The notes below the pieces were generated by a model. It saw nothing but the letters and a program-made list of their open reading frames with translations, made no database searches and was not told the DNA's origin. 64,000 nucleotides of DNA, from positions 288,001 to 352,000 of the forward strand of contig CAVZZO010000003.1 in assembly GCA_963779755.1 (NCBI GenBank). Reading direction: 5' to 3'. The position numbers and the translations under genes were made by a program. The stretch is from an uncultured Gemmatimonadales bacterium. Lineage in GTDB: Bacteria; Gemmatimonadota; Gemmatimonadetes; Gemmatimonadales; GWC2-71-9. Positions 44,425 through 54,398 of this stretch are shown piece after piece. The first letter of the stretch is position 1; the number at the start of each line of letters is the position of its first letter.

Positions 44425-46895
44425 CCCCCCGGGCCACGGTTCCGTTGCTGCTCCTGCTGCTGGCCCTCTCCGCCCTGCCCGCACCGGCGGCGGCGCAGCG
44501 GCAGCGGTTTTCCATGGATCCGGGCTGGCGTTTCACCCGGGGCGATCCCGCCGGTGCCGAGCAGCCCGATTTCGACGATAACCAGTGGCGGCGGCTGGAC
44601 CTGCCGCACGACTGGAGCATCGAGGGGGTGCCCGACTCTCTGGCAGCGGGCGGCGGCCGGGTGGGCTATTTCCCCACCGGGATCGGCTGGTACCGGAAAT
44701 CCTTCCGGCTGCCGGCCGGAGCCAGCGGCCACGAGGTGCGGCTGGAGTTCGACGGCGTCTACATGAACAGCGACGTCTGGATCAATGGGGTGCACCTGGG
44801 CCGGCGGCCCTACGGCTACAGCAGCTTCGCTTATGATATCACCCGCCACCTGGTCCCGGGTATCAATGTGGTGGCGGTGCGGGTGGACAACTCCCACCAG
44901 CCCAACTCCCGCTGGTACACCGGCAGCGGGATCTACCGCCATACCTGGCTCACCGTCCTGGCGCCGCTGCATGTGGCGCACTGGGGCAGCGTCATCACCA
45001 CCCCGCGGGCCGACAGCGCGGGCGCCCGCGTTCTGGTCCGCACCCGCATCCGGAACCGCACCGGCGCCGTACGGCGTGGCGTGCTGCGGTCGCTGGTGCT
45101 GGACAGCGCGGGGACGATCCTCGCACGAGCAGAGGCGCCGTTTACGGCGCGCGCGGGCGACAGCGCGGCGGTGGAGCAGAATCTGGAGGTCGCGCGGCCC
45201 AGTCTCTGGTCGGTGGAATCGCCCGCGCTCTACACCCTGCGGCAGGAGGTGCTGGCCGGGGGGAAGACGGTGGACACCGCCGCCACTCCGTTCGGAATCC
45301 GGAGCATCGCCTGGGATGCCGACCGCGGCTTCCTGCTCAATGGCCGGCGGGTGAAGCTGCGCGGCGTCAACCTGCACCACGATGCCGGCGGACTCGGCGC
45401 GGCGGTGCCGGAACGGGTGTGGGAAACCCGGCTCAGCACCCTCAAGGCAATGGGCGCCAACGCCATCCGGACCTCGCACAACCCGCCCGCCCCCGAGTTC
45501 CTGGCTCTGTGCGACCGGCTCGGCTTCCTGGTCATGGCCGAGGCGTTCGACGAATGGACCATGGGCAAGGTACCGGGCGGCTATCACAACTACTTCGACG
45601 AGTGGTCGGAGCGCGACGTGGTGGATTTCATCCACCGCGACCACAACCATCCGTCCATCGTCCTCTGGAGTGCCGGCAACGAGATCGGCGAACAGAGCGC
45701 CCCGGACGGCGCCGCCGTGCTCCGCCGGCTGGTGTCGATCTTCCACCGGGAGGACCCGACCAGGCCGGTTACCACCGGCAACGATCAGATCGCCGCCGAC
45801 GGCCACGCGGCCACCCTGGAGTTTCTCAACAGTGAAGACATCGTCGGCTATAACTACGTGGACCGCTGGCACGAACGGCGGGAGTTGTTCGCCGAGGAGG
45901 ACCGGCACGACCATCCCGACTGGAAGATGGTGGGGACGGAGAGCGGCAACATCTTCCAGAGCTTCGACGACAGCTATTCCCTGGGCGACGATTCCGCCGT
46001 GGTGCACGCCAACTATACCAGCGGCATGATCCAGGCGGAGCGGCTGTGGAAGTGGGTCGAGACGCATGACTACTTTGCCGGCGACTTCATGTGGACCGGC
46101 ATTGACTATCTGGGTGAGGCGACCTGGCCCTTCAAGGGTTTCCCCTCCGGCGATCTGGACATCACCGGCCGTCCCAAGGACGGCTACTATCTCTACCAGA
46201 GCCTCTGGACCGGCCGTCCCGTGCTGCACCTCCAGCCCCACTGGACCTGGCCCGGACGCGAGGGGCAGACCATACCCGTCCTGGCCTACACCAACTGCAA
46301 CACGGTGGAGTTGTTCCTGAACGGCCGCTCCCTGGGCGAGAAGCGGCTGGAATTCCCCGCTCAGGGAACCTCCGGAGGCTGGAACAGCTATGCCCAGCCG
46401 GTGGTGCACAGCACCACAGACGATCTCCACCTGAGTTGGGACGTGCCCTATGAACCCGGAACGCTGAAGGCGGTCGGACGGCGGCGGGACGGCACGGTGG
46501 CCTGTCTCGACTCGGCGCGGACCGCGGGCGAGCCGGCCGCCATCCGCCTCAGTCCGGACCGCGACACCATCACCACTGCACCCGGGGATGTCCTCGAGTT
46601 GCGGTTTGCCATCGTGGACCGCGGGGGCACCGTGGTCCCCGGCGCCGCCCCGATGGTCCACGTCGCTGCCCGGGGCGGGACCCTGCTGGCGATGGATAAC
46701 GCCGATCTCCGGGATCACGAGCCGTACCAGACCGACAGCCGCCGGGCCTATCAAGGGCGCGGCATCGCCTATTTGCGCGCTGGCGCTCGCGGCGTGCTGA
46801 GGGTGCGGGTATCGTCCGAGGGATTGGCACCGGTGGAGGTGGAGATTCGCGTCGTTCCCGGGATGGTGCCGGAAACCGTGCCTCCCGCCCACTGA
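44421..46895 (+). CDS. GH2 beta-galactosidase-like glycoside hydrolase, secreted
   Basis: LPHDWSI, FDGVY, PYGY, RWYTGSGIYR, GVNLHHD, RTSHNP, WSAGNE, F.WTGIDYLGE. Confidence 0.93.
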   Translation: MTPRATVPLLLLLLALSALPAPAAAQRQRFSMDPGWRFTRGDPAGAEQPDFDDNQWRRLDLPHDWSIEGVPDSLAAGGGRVGYFPTGIGWYRKSFRLPAGASGHEVRLEFDGVYMNSDVWINGVHLGRRPYGYSSFAYDITRHLVPGINVVAVRVDNSHQPNSRWYTGSGIYRHTWLTVLAPLHVAHWGSVITTPRADSAGARVLVRTRIRNRTGAVRRGVLRSLVLDSAGTILARAEAPFTARAGDSAAVEQNLEVARPSLWSVESPALYTLRQEVLAGGKTVDTAATPFGIRSIAWDADRGFLLNGRRVKLRGVNLHHDAGGLGAAVPERVWETRLSTLKAMGANAIRTSHNPPAPEFLALCDRLGFLVMAEAFDEWTMGKVPGGYHNYFDEWSERDVVDFIHRDHNHPSIVLWSAGNEIGEQSAPDGAAVLRRLVSIFHREDPTRPVTTGNDQIAADGHAATLEFLNSEDIVGYNYVDRWHERRELFAEEDRHDHPDWKMVGTESGNIFQSFDDSYSLGDDSAVVHANYTSGMIQAERLWKWVETHDYFAGDFMWTGIDYLGEATWPFKGFPSGDLDITGRPKDGYYLYQSLWTGRPVLHLQPHWTWPGREGQTIPVLAYTNCNTVELFLNGRSLGEKRLEFPAQGTSGGWNSYAQPVVHSTTDDLHLSWDVPYEPGTLKAVGRRRDGTVACLDSARTAGEPAAIRLSPDRDTITTAPGDVLELRFAIVDRGGTVVPGAAPMVHVAARGGTLLAMDNADLRDHEPYQTDSRRAYQGRGIAYLRAGARGVLRVRVSSEGLAPVEVEIRVVPGMVPETVPPAH

Positions 46896-46908
46896 AGAAG
46901 GACGAGCT

Positions 46909-49557
46909 ATGCGACCGCGCCCCCTTGCCGCCCTGCTGTTCCTGGGCCTGGCCGGTCCCGGCCATCGCGACGCCCCGGCCCTGCCGGAGGGGCCCGATCC
47001 CGGGGTCGCTGCCACCCGCGCCGTGTATCTCGACTCTCACGGCGTGATCCGCTGGAAGGATTCGCGCCGGGAGGTGGCGCTGTTCGGCGCGAATTACGTT
47101 CTCACCACCGCCAGCGATTACCGGGCCGCCGGCTATCTGCACGCCGACCGGAAGCGGATGATCGACGAGGACATGGCCCAGTTCGCGCGGATGGGCTGGG
47201 ACGGCATGCGGCTCACCTTCTGGGGAGACTGGGAGGCCTCGGACTCCGCCGGGAATCTCCTCGCCAACGATCACCTGGACCTGCTGGATTATCTCATCGC
47301 CCGGGCCCGCGAGCGCGGGATCTACATGCTGTTCAGCCCGATTCAGCTCTACAGCGCGAACTGGCCCGACGCCATGCAAGACACCACCGACCCCGGGTTC
47401 GGCCGCCGCTATGGCCGGGACGTGATGGGCACCGACCCGGCCGCCATCGCCACCCAGGCCATCTACCTGCGGCAGATCCTGGACCATGTGAATCCCTACA
47501 CCGGCGTGGCCCTGAAAGACGAGCCGGCCATTCTGTTCATCGAGCTGGTGAACGAGCCGGTGCACCACCCGGCGGATACCGCGGGCTCCATCCGCTACAT
47601 CAACACCCTGGTGGACGCGGTGCGCAGCACCGGCTGCCGCAAGCTCATCTTCTACAACGTGAGCCAGGATTTCCGGATCGGCGAGGCAATCCGGCGCTCG
47701 AAGGCCCAGGGGGTCACCTTCGGCTGGTACCCTACCGGTCTCAATTCGGGCCATGAGCTTCAAGGCAACTACCTGCGCGGGGTGGATGCCTATCCCGACA
47801 TGCTGCGACCCGAACTGGCCCGGCTGCCCCGCATCGTGTACGAATTCGACACGCCCGATCTGCGCAGCGGGACCATGTATCCCGCCATGGCCCGAACCTA
47901 CCGCTCCGTCGGGGCGCAGTTCGCCGCCATGTTCGCCTATGACATGCTGGAAACCGCCTCGCGGAATCTGGGCTGGCAGACCCATTACCTCAATCTGGTC
48001 TACACCCCGCGCAAGGCGATGAGCGCCGTCATCGCGGCCGAGGCCATGCGTCGCCTGCCCCGGATGAAGTCGTACGGGACGTATCCGGAAAACACCCGGT
48101 TCGGCGATTTCCATGTTTCGGCGGATTCGAACCTGGGCGAGTTGGTGTCGCGCGATGCCTTCCTCTATGCCGGTTCGACCGGCTCCGTCCCGCCCGATCC
48201 GGGGGCCCTGCGACGACTCGCCGGATACGGCTCCTCACCCGTCGTCCAGTATCCCGGACTGGGGACCTACTTCCTGGACAAGATGCGCCCCGGGCTCTGG
48301 CGGCTGGAGGTGTATGCTGACGCCGTGCCGGTGGCCGACCCCTTCGAGCCGCCGCGGGCGGACAAGCTGGTGACCCGCGCGATCAGCCGCGCCTGGCCCA
48401 TGACGGTGCACCTGCCGGATCTGGGCGATTCCTTCACCGTCCAGCCCTTGGCGGCCGGGAATCCGCAGACCGAGCGGGCCCGGGACGGCCGCTTCCGGGT
48501 GACTCCCGGGGTATACGTCCTGAGCGCCGCCGGCCCGGTGGACCGCGGCATCCTGCCGCGCACACTGGGCGCGATCGGGTTCGCCGAGTATCACGCGCCG
48601 CCGCCGGATACCCTCCCACCAGTAGTACGGTCGCTCGCCGCTCCGTCGTATCTGGCCGGCCACGATGCCCACTTCGCGGCAGAGGTGGTGGACCGCACCA
48701 ATGCCGATTCGGTCAAGCTCTTCCTCCGGCGCACCGCCGCGGACTTCTATCACGGCTACCGGATGGAGCGGGCCGGCGCCTACCGCTATGGCGTATCCGT
48801 TCCCGCCGCATCGCTCCAGCCGGGACCGTACGAGTTCGTGATCACCCTCTACCGGGGCGACTCGGCCGCCACCTTCCCCGGCGGCGCCCGACAGCAGCCC
48901 TGGGACTGGAATTACGACAACCGCGCCTCATGGAAGGTCAGCATTATCGCCCCCGGGACACCGCTGGCGCTTTTCCAGCCGGGCAGCGATGCGAACTGGC
49001 TGGCCTTCAGCCGCATCGGCGACGCCGGGCGGCGGGGCCTGTATCGGCTGATCCTCTCGCCCCGGACCGGCCAGCCCCTCTTCCAGTTCAGCCTCCCAGT
49101 GGCTCCGAGCGGCTGGACGCCGCCGGATTACACCGCCTCCCTGATGATCGCGGATCGGGTTCGGGCCCGGGGCGGGGAGATGCGCATGGCCGACAGCGTA
49201 CACCTGCGGCTCCGGGGGATGGGGCCGCATCAAGTGCTGTATCTGACGTTGATGGAGGACGACGGCACCAGTTGGACCGAGGCGTTACCGCTGGACTCGG
49301 CATGGAGTGAGCCGAGCCTGCCGCTCACGGCCTTCCAACCCGGCCGCGGGGTCCTGCTGCCCGAGGGGTTTCCCGGGGAATGGAATTACTGGGTGAAGCC
49401 GGCTCAGGGCCGGGGCGGGCCGGGCGACCACCCCCGGCTCGACCACCTGGAACGGTTGCAGTTGTCACTCCGGCCCGAGCCGGGGGACATCCCCCGGCCC
49501 GGAGCCTATGGCGTCCTGGTGGAATGGGTGCATCTCGACTTCAGCACGGCGCCCTGA
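46909..49557 (+). CDS. Clan GH-A glycoside hydrolase (GH5-like / possibly GH147 beta-galactosidase) with C-terminal accessory domains
   Basis: Signal peptide, FG.NY, HVNPYTG...KDEP.I..IELVNEP (acid/base), VYEFD (candidate nucleophile), FAYD. Confidence 0.7.
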   Translation: MRPRPLAALLFLGLAGPGHRDAPALPEGPDPGVAATRAVYLDSHGVIRWKDSRREVALFGANYVLTTASDYRAAGYLHADRKRMIDEDMAQFARMGWDGMRLTFWGDWEASDSAGNLLANDHLDLLDYLIARARERGIYMLFSPIQLYSANWPDAMQDTTDPGFGRRYGRDVMGTDPAAIATQAIYLRQILDHVNPYTGVALKDEPAILFIELVNEPVHHPADTAGSIRYINTLVDAVRSTGCRKLIFYNVSQDFRIGEAIRRSKAQGVTFGWYPTGLNSGHELQGNYLRGVDAYPDMLRPELARLPRIVYEFDTPDLRSGTMYPAMARTYRSVGAQFAAMFAYDMLETASRNLGWQTHYLNLVYTPRKAMSAVIAAEAMRRLPRMKSYGTYPENTRFGDFHVSADSNLGELVSRDAFLYAGSTGSVPPDPGALRRLAGYGSSPVVQYPGLGTYFLDKMRPGLWRLEVYADAVPVADPFEPPRADKLVTRAISRAWPMTVHLPDLGDSFTVQPLAAGNPQTERARDGRFRVTPGVYVLSAAGPVDRGILPRTLGAIGFAEYHAPPPDTLPPVVRSLAAPSYLAGHDAHFAAEVVDRTNADSVKLFLRRTAADFYHGYRMERAGAYRYGVSVPAASLQPGPYEFVITLYRGDSAATFPGGARQQPWDWNYDNRASWKVSIIAPGTPLALFQPGSDANWLAFSRIGDAGRRGLYRLILSPRTGQPLFQFSLPVAPSGWTPPDYTASLMIADRVRARGGEMRMADSVHLRLRGMGPHQVLYLTLMEDDGTSWTEALPLDSAWSEPSLPLTAFQPGRGVLLPEGFPGEWNYWVKPAQGRGGPGDHPRLDHLERLQLSLRPEPGDIPRPGAYGVLVEWVHLDFSTAP

Positions 49558-49569
49558 CCCGCCGGGAGA

Positions 49570-49947
49570 TCAGGGGCGAAGTGTCGCCGTGCTGTTGAAC
49601 AGCTGCGCGGTAACCATGAAGTCCACTACGGTACCGGGGGCGAGCAGAAGCGGCCCGGACTCGAAGGGGCGGCGGTGGACTTCGTTGGGCTGCGCCCGCA
49701 GATAGAGCGAGCCGTTCCCGATCATTCCCTGTGGAATAGTGAACTGGGCCTGCAGCCCGGGATTCACCATGCCCAGGCGGTGGGTGGTTCCACCCCCGAT
49801 GACATAGATCTCGACCGGCAGGGCGTTGTGGTTGGCAACCACGACCGTCACCGGATCGCCGGGAGCCGGTTGTTCCGCCTGCTTGTTATGAGCGCAGGCC
49901 GCCGTGAGCAGTAGCCCGCATGCCAGCACCACCCAGCCTCTCATCAT
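49570..49947 (-). CDS. Putative lipoprotein
   Basis: Lipobox TAAC, V.V.N.N...V.IYV, RLG.V, and RBS AGGAGG. Confidence 0.75.
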   Translation of the reverse strand: MMRGWVVLACGLLLTAACAHNKQAEQPAPGDPVTVVVANHNALPVEIYVIGGGTTHRLGMVNPGLQAQFTIPQGMIGNGSLYLRAQPNEVHRRPFESGPLLLAPGTVVDFMVTAQLFNSTATLRP

Positions 49948-50024
49948 GTAGACCTCCTGTGGTCGGCGGCAGCTACCGCCGAGCGCTGATCGGGCGGTTG
50001 TCCGGAGACCGCCGCCCGGCCCGC

Positions 50025-50246
50025 CTACTCGGGATCGCCGCGGCTTCCGGCTCCGGCGCCGCCGCGAAGCGCGAGGGCCAGCATCAGCGCGCCGAACACC
50101 AGGAGCGCCAGACCCCACCAGAGGTTCACGTTGATCCCCAGCGAGCGCTGGTAGATCGCGCGATTCGACAGCAGCCCGAACACTACGAGCATGCCGCCGA
50201 CGATGCTGAACATGAGCCCTATGGGCAACCGCAGATCGAGCCTCAT
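50025..50246 (-). CDS. Small two-TM protein accompanying the SSS symporter
   Basis: MRLDLRLPIGLMF..G......G...GINVNLWWG, directly downstream of the SSS gene. Confidence 0.8.
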   Translation of the reverse strand: MRLDLRLPIGLMFSIVGGMLVVFGLLSNRAIYQRSLGINVNLWWGLALLVFGALMLALALRGGAGAGSRGDPE

Positions 50247-50254
50247 CGGAGCCT

Positions 50255-51964
50255 CTACCGGAAGATAATGTTGAGCACCAGCGTGAGGGCCAGGACCACC
50301 ACCCCCAGGGTGGCCGGGCGCTTCCACCATACCAGGTCCCTGTTGGTCAGGCGAGGCGTCAAGGCATAGACCAGGCCGTGCAGTTCCTCGTCCGTCCGAT
50401 CCTGCCGGGTAGCCAGCGAAATGAGGATGGTCGTGCTGAAGCAGACGGTCCAGGCGATGATGGCGGTCCAGAAGTTCTGCGCCATCTCGCTGGGATAGGT
50501 ATGCAGGTTGGCCCCGAGGAAGGCGCCGTTGAGGCCGGCGCTGGCGTCCTGCGGCAGAGTGAGCCCATGGTGCACCGCGGCCGCGAGCGTCCCTAGCAGC
50601 AGGCCGAAGAAGGCGCCGTGGCCGGTCGAGCGGCGCCAGAACATGCCCAGCAGGAAAGTGGCGAAGAGCGGGGCATTCACGAAGGCAAACACCAGTTGCA
50701 GCATGTCCATGATGTTGTTGAACCGCGTCGTGGCATAGGCCGCCGCCACGCTGAGCAGGATTCCGGCCACCGTGGCCGTATGCCCCATGCGTAGATAGTG
50801 GCTGTCGGTCTGTCCCGGACGGATGTACGACTGGTAGATGTCGTAGGTCCACACGGTATTGAACGCGGTGACGTTCCCCGCCATGCCCGACATGAACGAC
50901 GCCATCAGCGCCGTAAGCCCCAGTCCCAGGAGTCCCGTCGGCAGGTAGTGGGCCAGCAGCATGGGCATGGCCAGGTTGTAGTTGGGCACCCCATTGGCCC
51001 CGACCGGCAGGAGGCCGCCGTGGCCCGCCTGCAACGCGATGGCGATCATCCCCGGCACAATCACCAGAAAGGGAAAGAGCATCTTGGGGACGGCGGCAAG
51101 GAGCGGGGTCCGGCGGGCGGCGGTCATGGACTCGGCGGCCATGGCGCGCTGGATCACGAGGAAGTCGGTGCACCAGTAGCCGAACGACAGCACGAAGCCC
51201 AGTCCCATCACCATGCCGAACCACTCGACGCCCATGGGATTCGCCGCGGCCGACCCCAGGTGGCTCCAGGAGGCGGACCAGGCATCGGGGGCATATCCCG
51301 CACCGGTGGCCACCGGCGCCAGCCGGGCGGTGAGCCCACTCCAGCCACCCACGTCCTTGAGCCCGAGAAGCACCAGGGGGAGAAAGCCCAGCACGATCAG
51401 GAAGAACTGCAGCACCTCGTTGTAGATCGCGGAGGTGAGGCCGCCCAGGAAGATGTACGCCAGGACGATGACCGCCGAGAGGAGCACGCTGGTGTGGAAG
51501 TTCCAGCCCAGGATGAGCTCGAGCAGCTTGGCCAGCGCGTACATCGAGATGCCGGAAGAGAAGACCGTCATCACCGCGAAAGTGATGGCGTTGAATGCCC
51601 GGGTCTTTTCGTCGAAGCGCAGCCGGAGGTACTCGGGCACCGATCGCGCCCGGGAACCGTAGTAGAACGGCATCATGAAGATGCCCACGAATACCATGGC
51701 CGGGATGGCGCCCACCCAGTAGAAATGGCTGGTCATCATCCCGTACTTGGCGCCTGAGGCCGCCATGCCGATCACTTCCTGGGCACCCAGGTTGGCCGAG
51801 AGGAAGGCGAGCCCGGCGATCCAGGTCGGGATCCGGCGGCCGGACAGAAAGAAGTCGTCGCTGCTCTTCACCTGCCGGCGCAACACCCAGCCGATGCCCA
51901 GCACAAAGGCGAAGTAAACGATCAGGATGGCGTAGTCGATCGAGCCCAGCTGGATCTGGTGCAC
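50255..51964 (-). CDS. Sodium:solute symporter (Na+/galactose cotransporter-like)
   Basis: FFLSGR, SANLGAQE.IG, SVPEYL.LRF, YWCTDF..IQR, SFMSGMAGN.TAF.T. Confidence 0.92.
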   Translation of the reverse strand: MHQIQLGSIDYAILIVYFAFVLGIGWVLRRQVKSSDDFFLSGRRIPTWIAGLAFLSANLGAQEVIGMAASGAKYGMMTSHFYWVGAIPAMVFVGIFMMPFYYGSRARSVPEYLRLRFDEKTRAFNAITFAVMTVFSSGISMYALAKLLELILGWNFHTSVLLSAVIVLAYIFLGGLTSAIYNEVLQFFLIVLGFLPLVLLGLKDVGGWSGLTARLAPVATGAGYAPDAWSASWSHLGSAAANPMGVEWFGMVMGLGFVLSFGYWCTDFLVIQRAMAAESMTAARRTPLLAAVPKMLFPFLVIVPGMIAIALQAGHGGLLPVGANGVPNYNLAMPMLLAHYLPTGLLGLGLTALMASFMSGMAGNVTAFNTVWTYDIYQSYIRPGQTDSHYLRMGHTATVAGILLSVAAAYATTRFNNIMDMLQLVFAFVNAPLFATFLLGMFWRRSTGHGAFFGLLLGTLAAAVHHGLTLPQDASAGLNGAFLGANLHTYPSEMAQNFWTAIIAWTVCFSTTILISLATRQDRTDEELHGLVYALTPRLTNRDLVWWKRPATLGVVVLALTLVLNIIFR

Positions 51965-52298
51965 GGCCGGTCTTCCGATAGAATGTTCTCTGACGGGGAA
52001 ATTGCCCAGACAAGTTCGGTCGCGCGGGGCCGCGGCGCAAGACGCCAGACCGGTTCCTCAATGGAACCACAATGAACCCGCAGAGTACGCGGATTTTCGC
52101 AGATACTTCGGTTGGGCTCGCCCTCGTGGCTGGACCATCACACCATGCTGAAATCTTTGGCAACAGCACCGGCGTCGTCTGCAAGCCTGCGGTTTCATCA
52201 GTCGGAAGCCCGCCGCCTAGCGCGACGGCGTCAGATGCCCTAAGTTATTGCAGGGCAGCAACCTCGCCCTGCTCACACCATCCCAAGAGAAACGCTCC

Positions 52299-54338
52299 AT
52301 GCGCCGATTTTCCGGCCTCCTGGTGCCCTGCCTCGCGCTGACGGCCGCCGCTGCGCTTCCAGCCGCCGCCCAGGTCCGCGTCCAGAGCCCTGACGGCCGC
52401 AACGTGGTCGCGGTGGCCGTGCATGACGGCCACCTTACCTGGAGTCTGGATCGGGACGGCCGACCCCTCGTGCTCCCCTCGCTGCTGGGCTTCGCTTTCC
52501 GGGGCGCTCCCGCCCTGCGCGACAGCCTGCGGATCACCGATTCGACCAGACAGTCCCACGACGAATGGTGGACCCAGCCCTGGGGCGAGGTCGCCCGGGT
52601 GCACGACCACCACAACGAGCTCGCCGTCGGCGTGGAAGAAACCACCGCCCCCTACCGCCGCTTTACCCTGCGGGTCCGGGCCTTCGACGACGGGATCGGC
52701 TTTCGCTACGAGTTCCCCGCCCAGCCCGGACTCGGCGCCTTCGAAATCAGCGACGAGCTGACCGAATTCGCCCTGGCCGACAACGCGCGGGCCTGGTGGA
52801 TCCCCTCGAATTACGCGCGGAAAGACCGCTCCGAGATGCTGTTCTCCTCCGGGCCGGTGAGCGTGCTTGACAGCGTGCAGACCCCGCTCACCATGCAGAC
52901 CGAAGGCGGGAAGACCTACCTGGTAATTCACGAGGCGAACCTGGAGAACTACGCCCGGATGTTTCTCGCCGGGACACGCGATGAAAGCCGAACCCTCCAC
53001 GCCGCGCTCGCCCCGATGGCGGACGGTGTCAAGGTGCGCGGCCACACGCCCTTCGTGACACCCTGGCGGACGGTGCAGGTGGCGGACAAGGCGACCCAGT
53101 TGGCCCCCTCGGTGCTGGGGCTCAATCTCAACCCGCCCAGCCGCATCGCCAACACCGACTGGATCCACCCCATGAAGTATGTCGGTATCTGGTGGGGGAT
53201 GCACCTCGGCATCATGACCTGGAGCGAGGGGCCGAAACACGGGGCAACCACGGAGCGGGCGAAGCAGTACATCGATTTCGCGGCCCGGAACGGAATCGGC
53301 GGCGTGCTGGTTGAGGGATGGAACGTCGGCTGGGACGGTGACTGGATCGCCAACCGCAACGCCTTTTCCTTCACGAAATCCTATCCCGACTACGATCTCG
53401 ACTCGGTCGCGGCCTACGCACAGCGCAAGGGCGTGCGGCTCATCGTTCACAACGAGACCTCGGGCGGCATCGCGAACTACGAGCGCCAGCTGGACAGCGC
53501 CTACACGCTCTACCGTTCGCTGGGGCTCGACGCGATCAAGAGCGGCTACGTCACCGACCTGACCAGCGCGGGCGACTCGCACTATTCGCAGGTCATGGTG
53601 AACCACTACCGGAAGGTGATCGAGACGGCCGCCCGCTATCACATCATGCTGGATGTGCACGAACCGATGCACGATACCGGCGAGCGCCGCACCTGGCCCA
53701 ACATGATGAGCCGGGAGGGCGCCCGGGGACAGGAGTACAACGCCTGGAGCGGCGACGGAGGAAACCCGCCGGAGCACGAGACCATCCTCTTCTTCACCCG
53801 GCTGCTGGACGGGCCCATGGACTACACCCCCGGCATCTTCGATATCCTGGAGAAGAGCGGCGGCCACGCCCGGAAGCCGTGGGAGTCGCGGGTCCGCACC
53901 ACCCTGGCCAAGCAGCTCGCGCTCTACGTCGTCATCTACTCCCCGCTCCAGATGGCGGCGGACCTGCCGGAGAATTACGAGGGGCAACCGGCCTTCCAGT
54001 TCATCAGGGATGTGGCGGTGGACTGGGACACCACCCGGGTGATCGACGGGCGGATCGGGGATTATGTGATTGTGGCGCGGCGGGTTCGCGGGAAACAGAC
54101 CTGGTTCCTGGGCGCCATCACCGACGAGCAGGGCCGCACGTTTGACGTCCCCCTCGACTTCCTGACCCCGGGCCGGAGATACATCGCCGAGATCTACGCC
54201 GACGGCCCCAAGGCCGACTGGCTCGCCCATCCCCTGCCCATCACCATCACCCGCCGGACCGTCACGTCTGCCAGCCGGCTGCACATGGTTCTGGCGCCGG
54301 GCGGAGGCCAGGCGATCCGGATCCGGCCGGCGCCGTAG
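52299..54338 (+). CDS. GH97 alpha-glucosidase (SusB-like)
   Basis: SPDG, RAFDDG.GFRY, HEA.L..Y, TPWR, YVGIWW.MH, VEGWN.GW, REGARGQEY, PMDYTPGIF. Confidence 0.93.
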   Translation: MRRFSGLLVPCLALTAAAALPAAAQVRVQSPDGRNVVAVAVHDGHLTWSLDRDGRPLVLPSLLGFAFRGAPALRDSLRITDSTRQSHDEWWTQPWGEVARVHDHHNELAVGVEETTAPYRRFTLRVRAFDDGIGFRYEFPAQPGLGAFEISDELTEFALADNARAWWIPSNYARKDRSEMLFSSGPVSVLDSVQTPLTMQTEGGKTYLVIHEANLENYARMFLAGTRDESRTLHAALAPMADGVKVRGHTPFVTPWRTVQVADKATQLAPSVLGLNLNPPSRIANTDWIHPMKYVGIWWGMHLGIMTWSEGPKHGATTERAKQYIDFAARNGIGGVLVEGWNVGWDGDWIANRNAFSFTKSYPDYDLDSVAAYAQRKGVRLIVHNETSGGIANYERQLDSAYTLYRSLGLDAIKSGYVTDLTSAGDSHYSQVMVNHYRKVIETAARYHIMLDVHEPMHDTGERRTWPNMMSREGARGQEYNAWSGDGGNPPEHETILFFTRLLDGPMDYTPGIFDILEKSGGHARKPWESRVRTTLAKQLALYVVIYSPLQMAADLPENYEGQPAFQFIRDVAVDWDTTRVIDGRIGDYVIVARRVRGKQTWFLGAITDEQGRTFDVPLDFLTPGRRYIAEIYADGPKADWLAHPLPITITRRTVTSASRLHMVLAPGGGQAIRIRPAP

Positions 54339-54364
54339 GGGCGACGCATGCGTCGCCCCTACGG
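54333..54364. repeat. GTAG-family REP palindrome
   Basis: Perfect 32-bp palindrome CCGTAGGGGCGACGCATGCGTCGCCCCTACGG. Its TAG is the GH97 stop codon. Confidence 0.85.
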
Positions 54365-54398
54365 GCGCCGGCCATCCCCTTACTCGAGACCGAAATCC

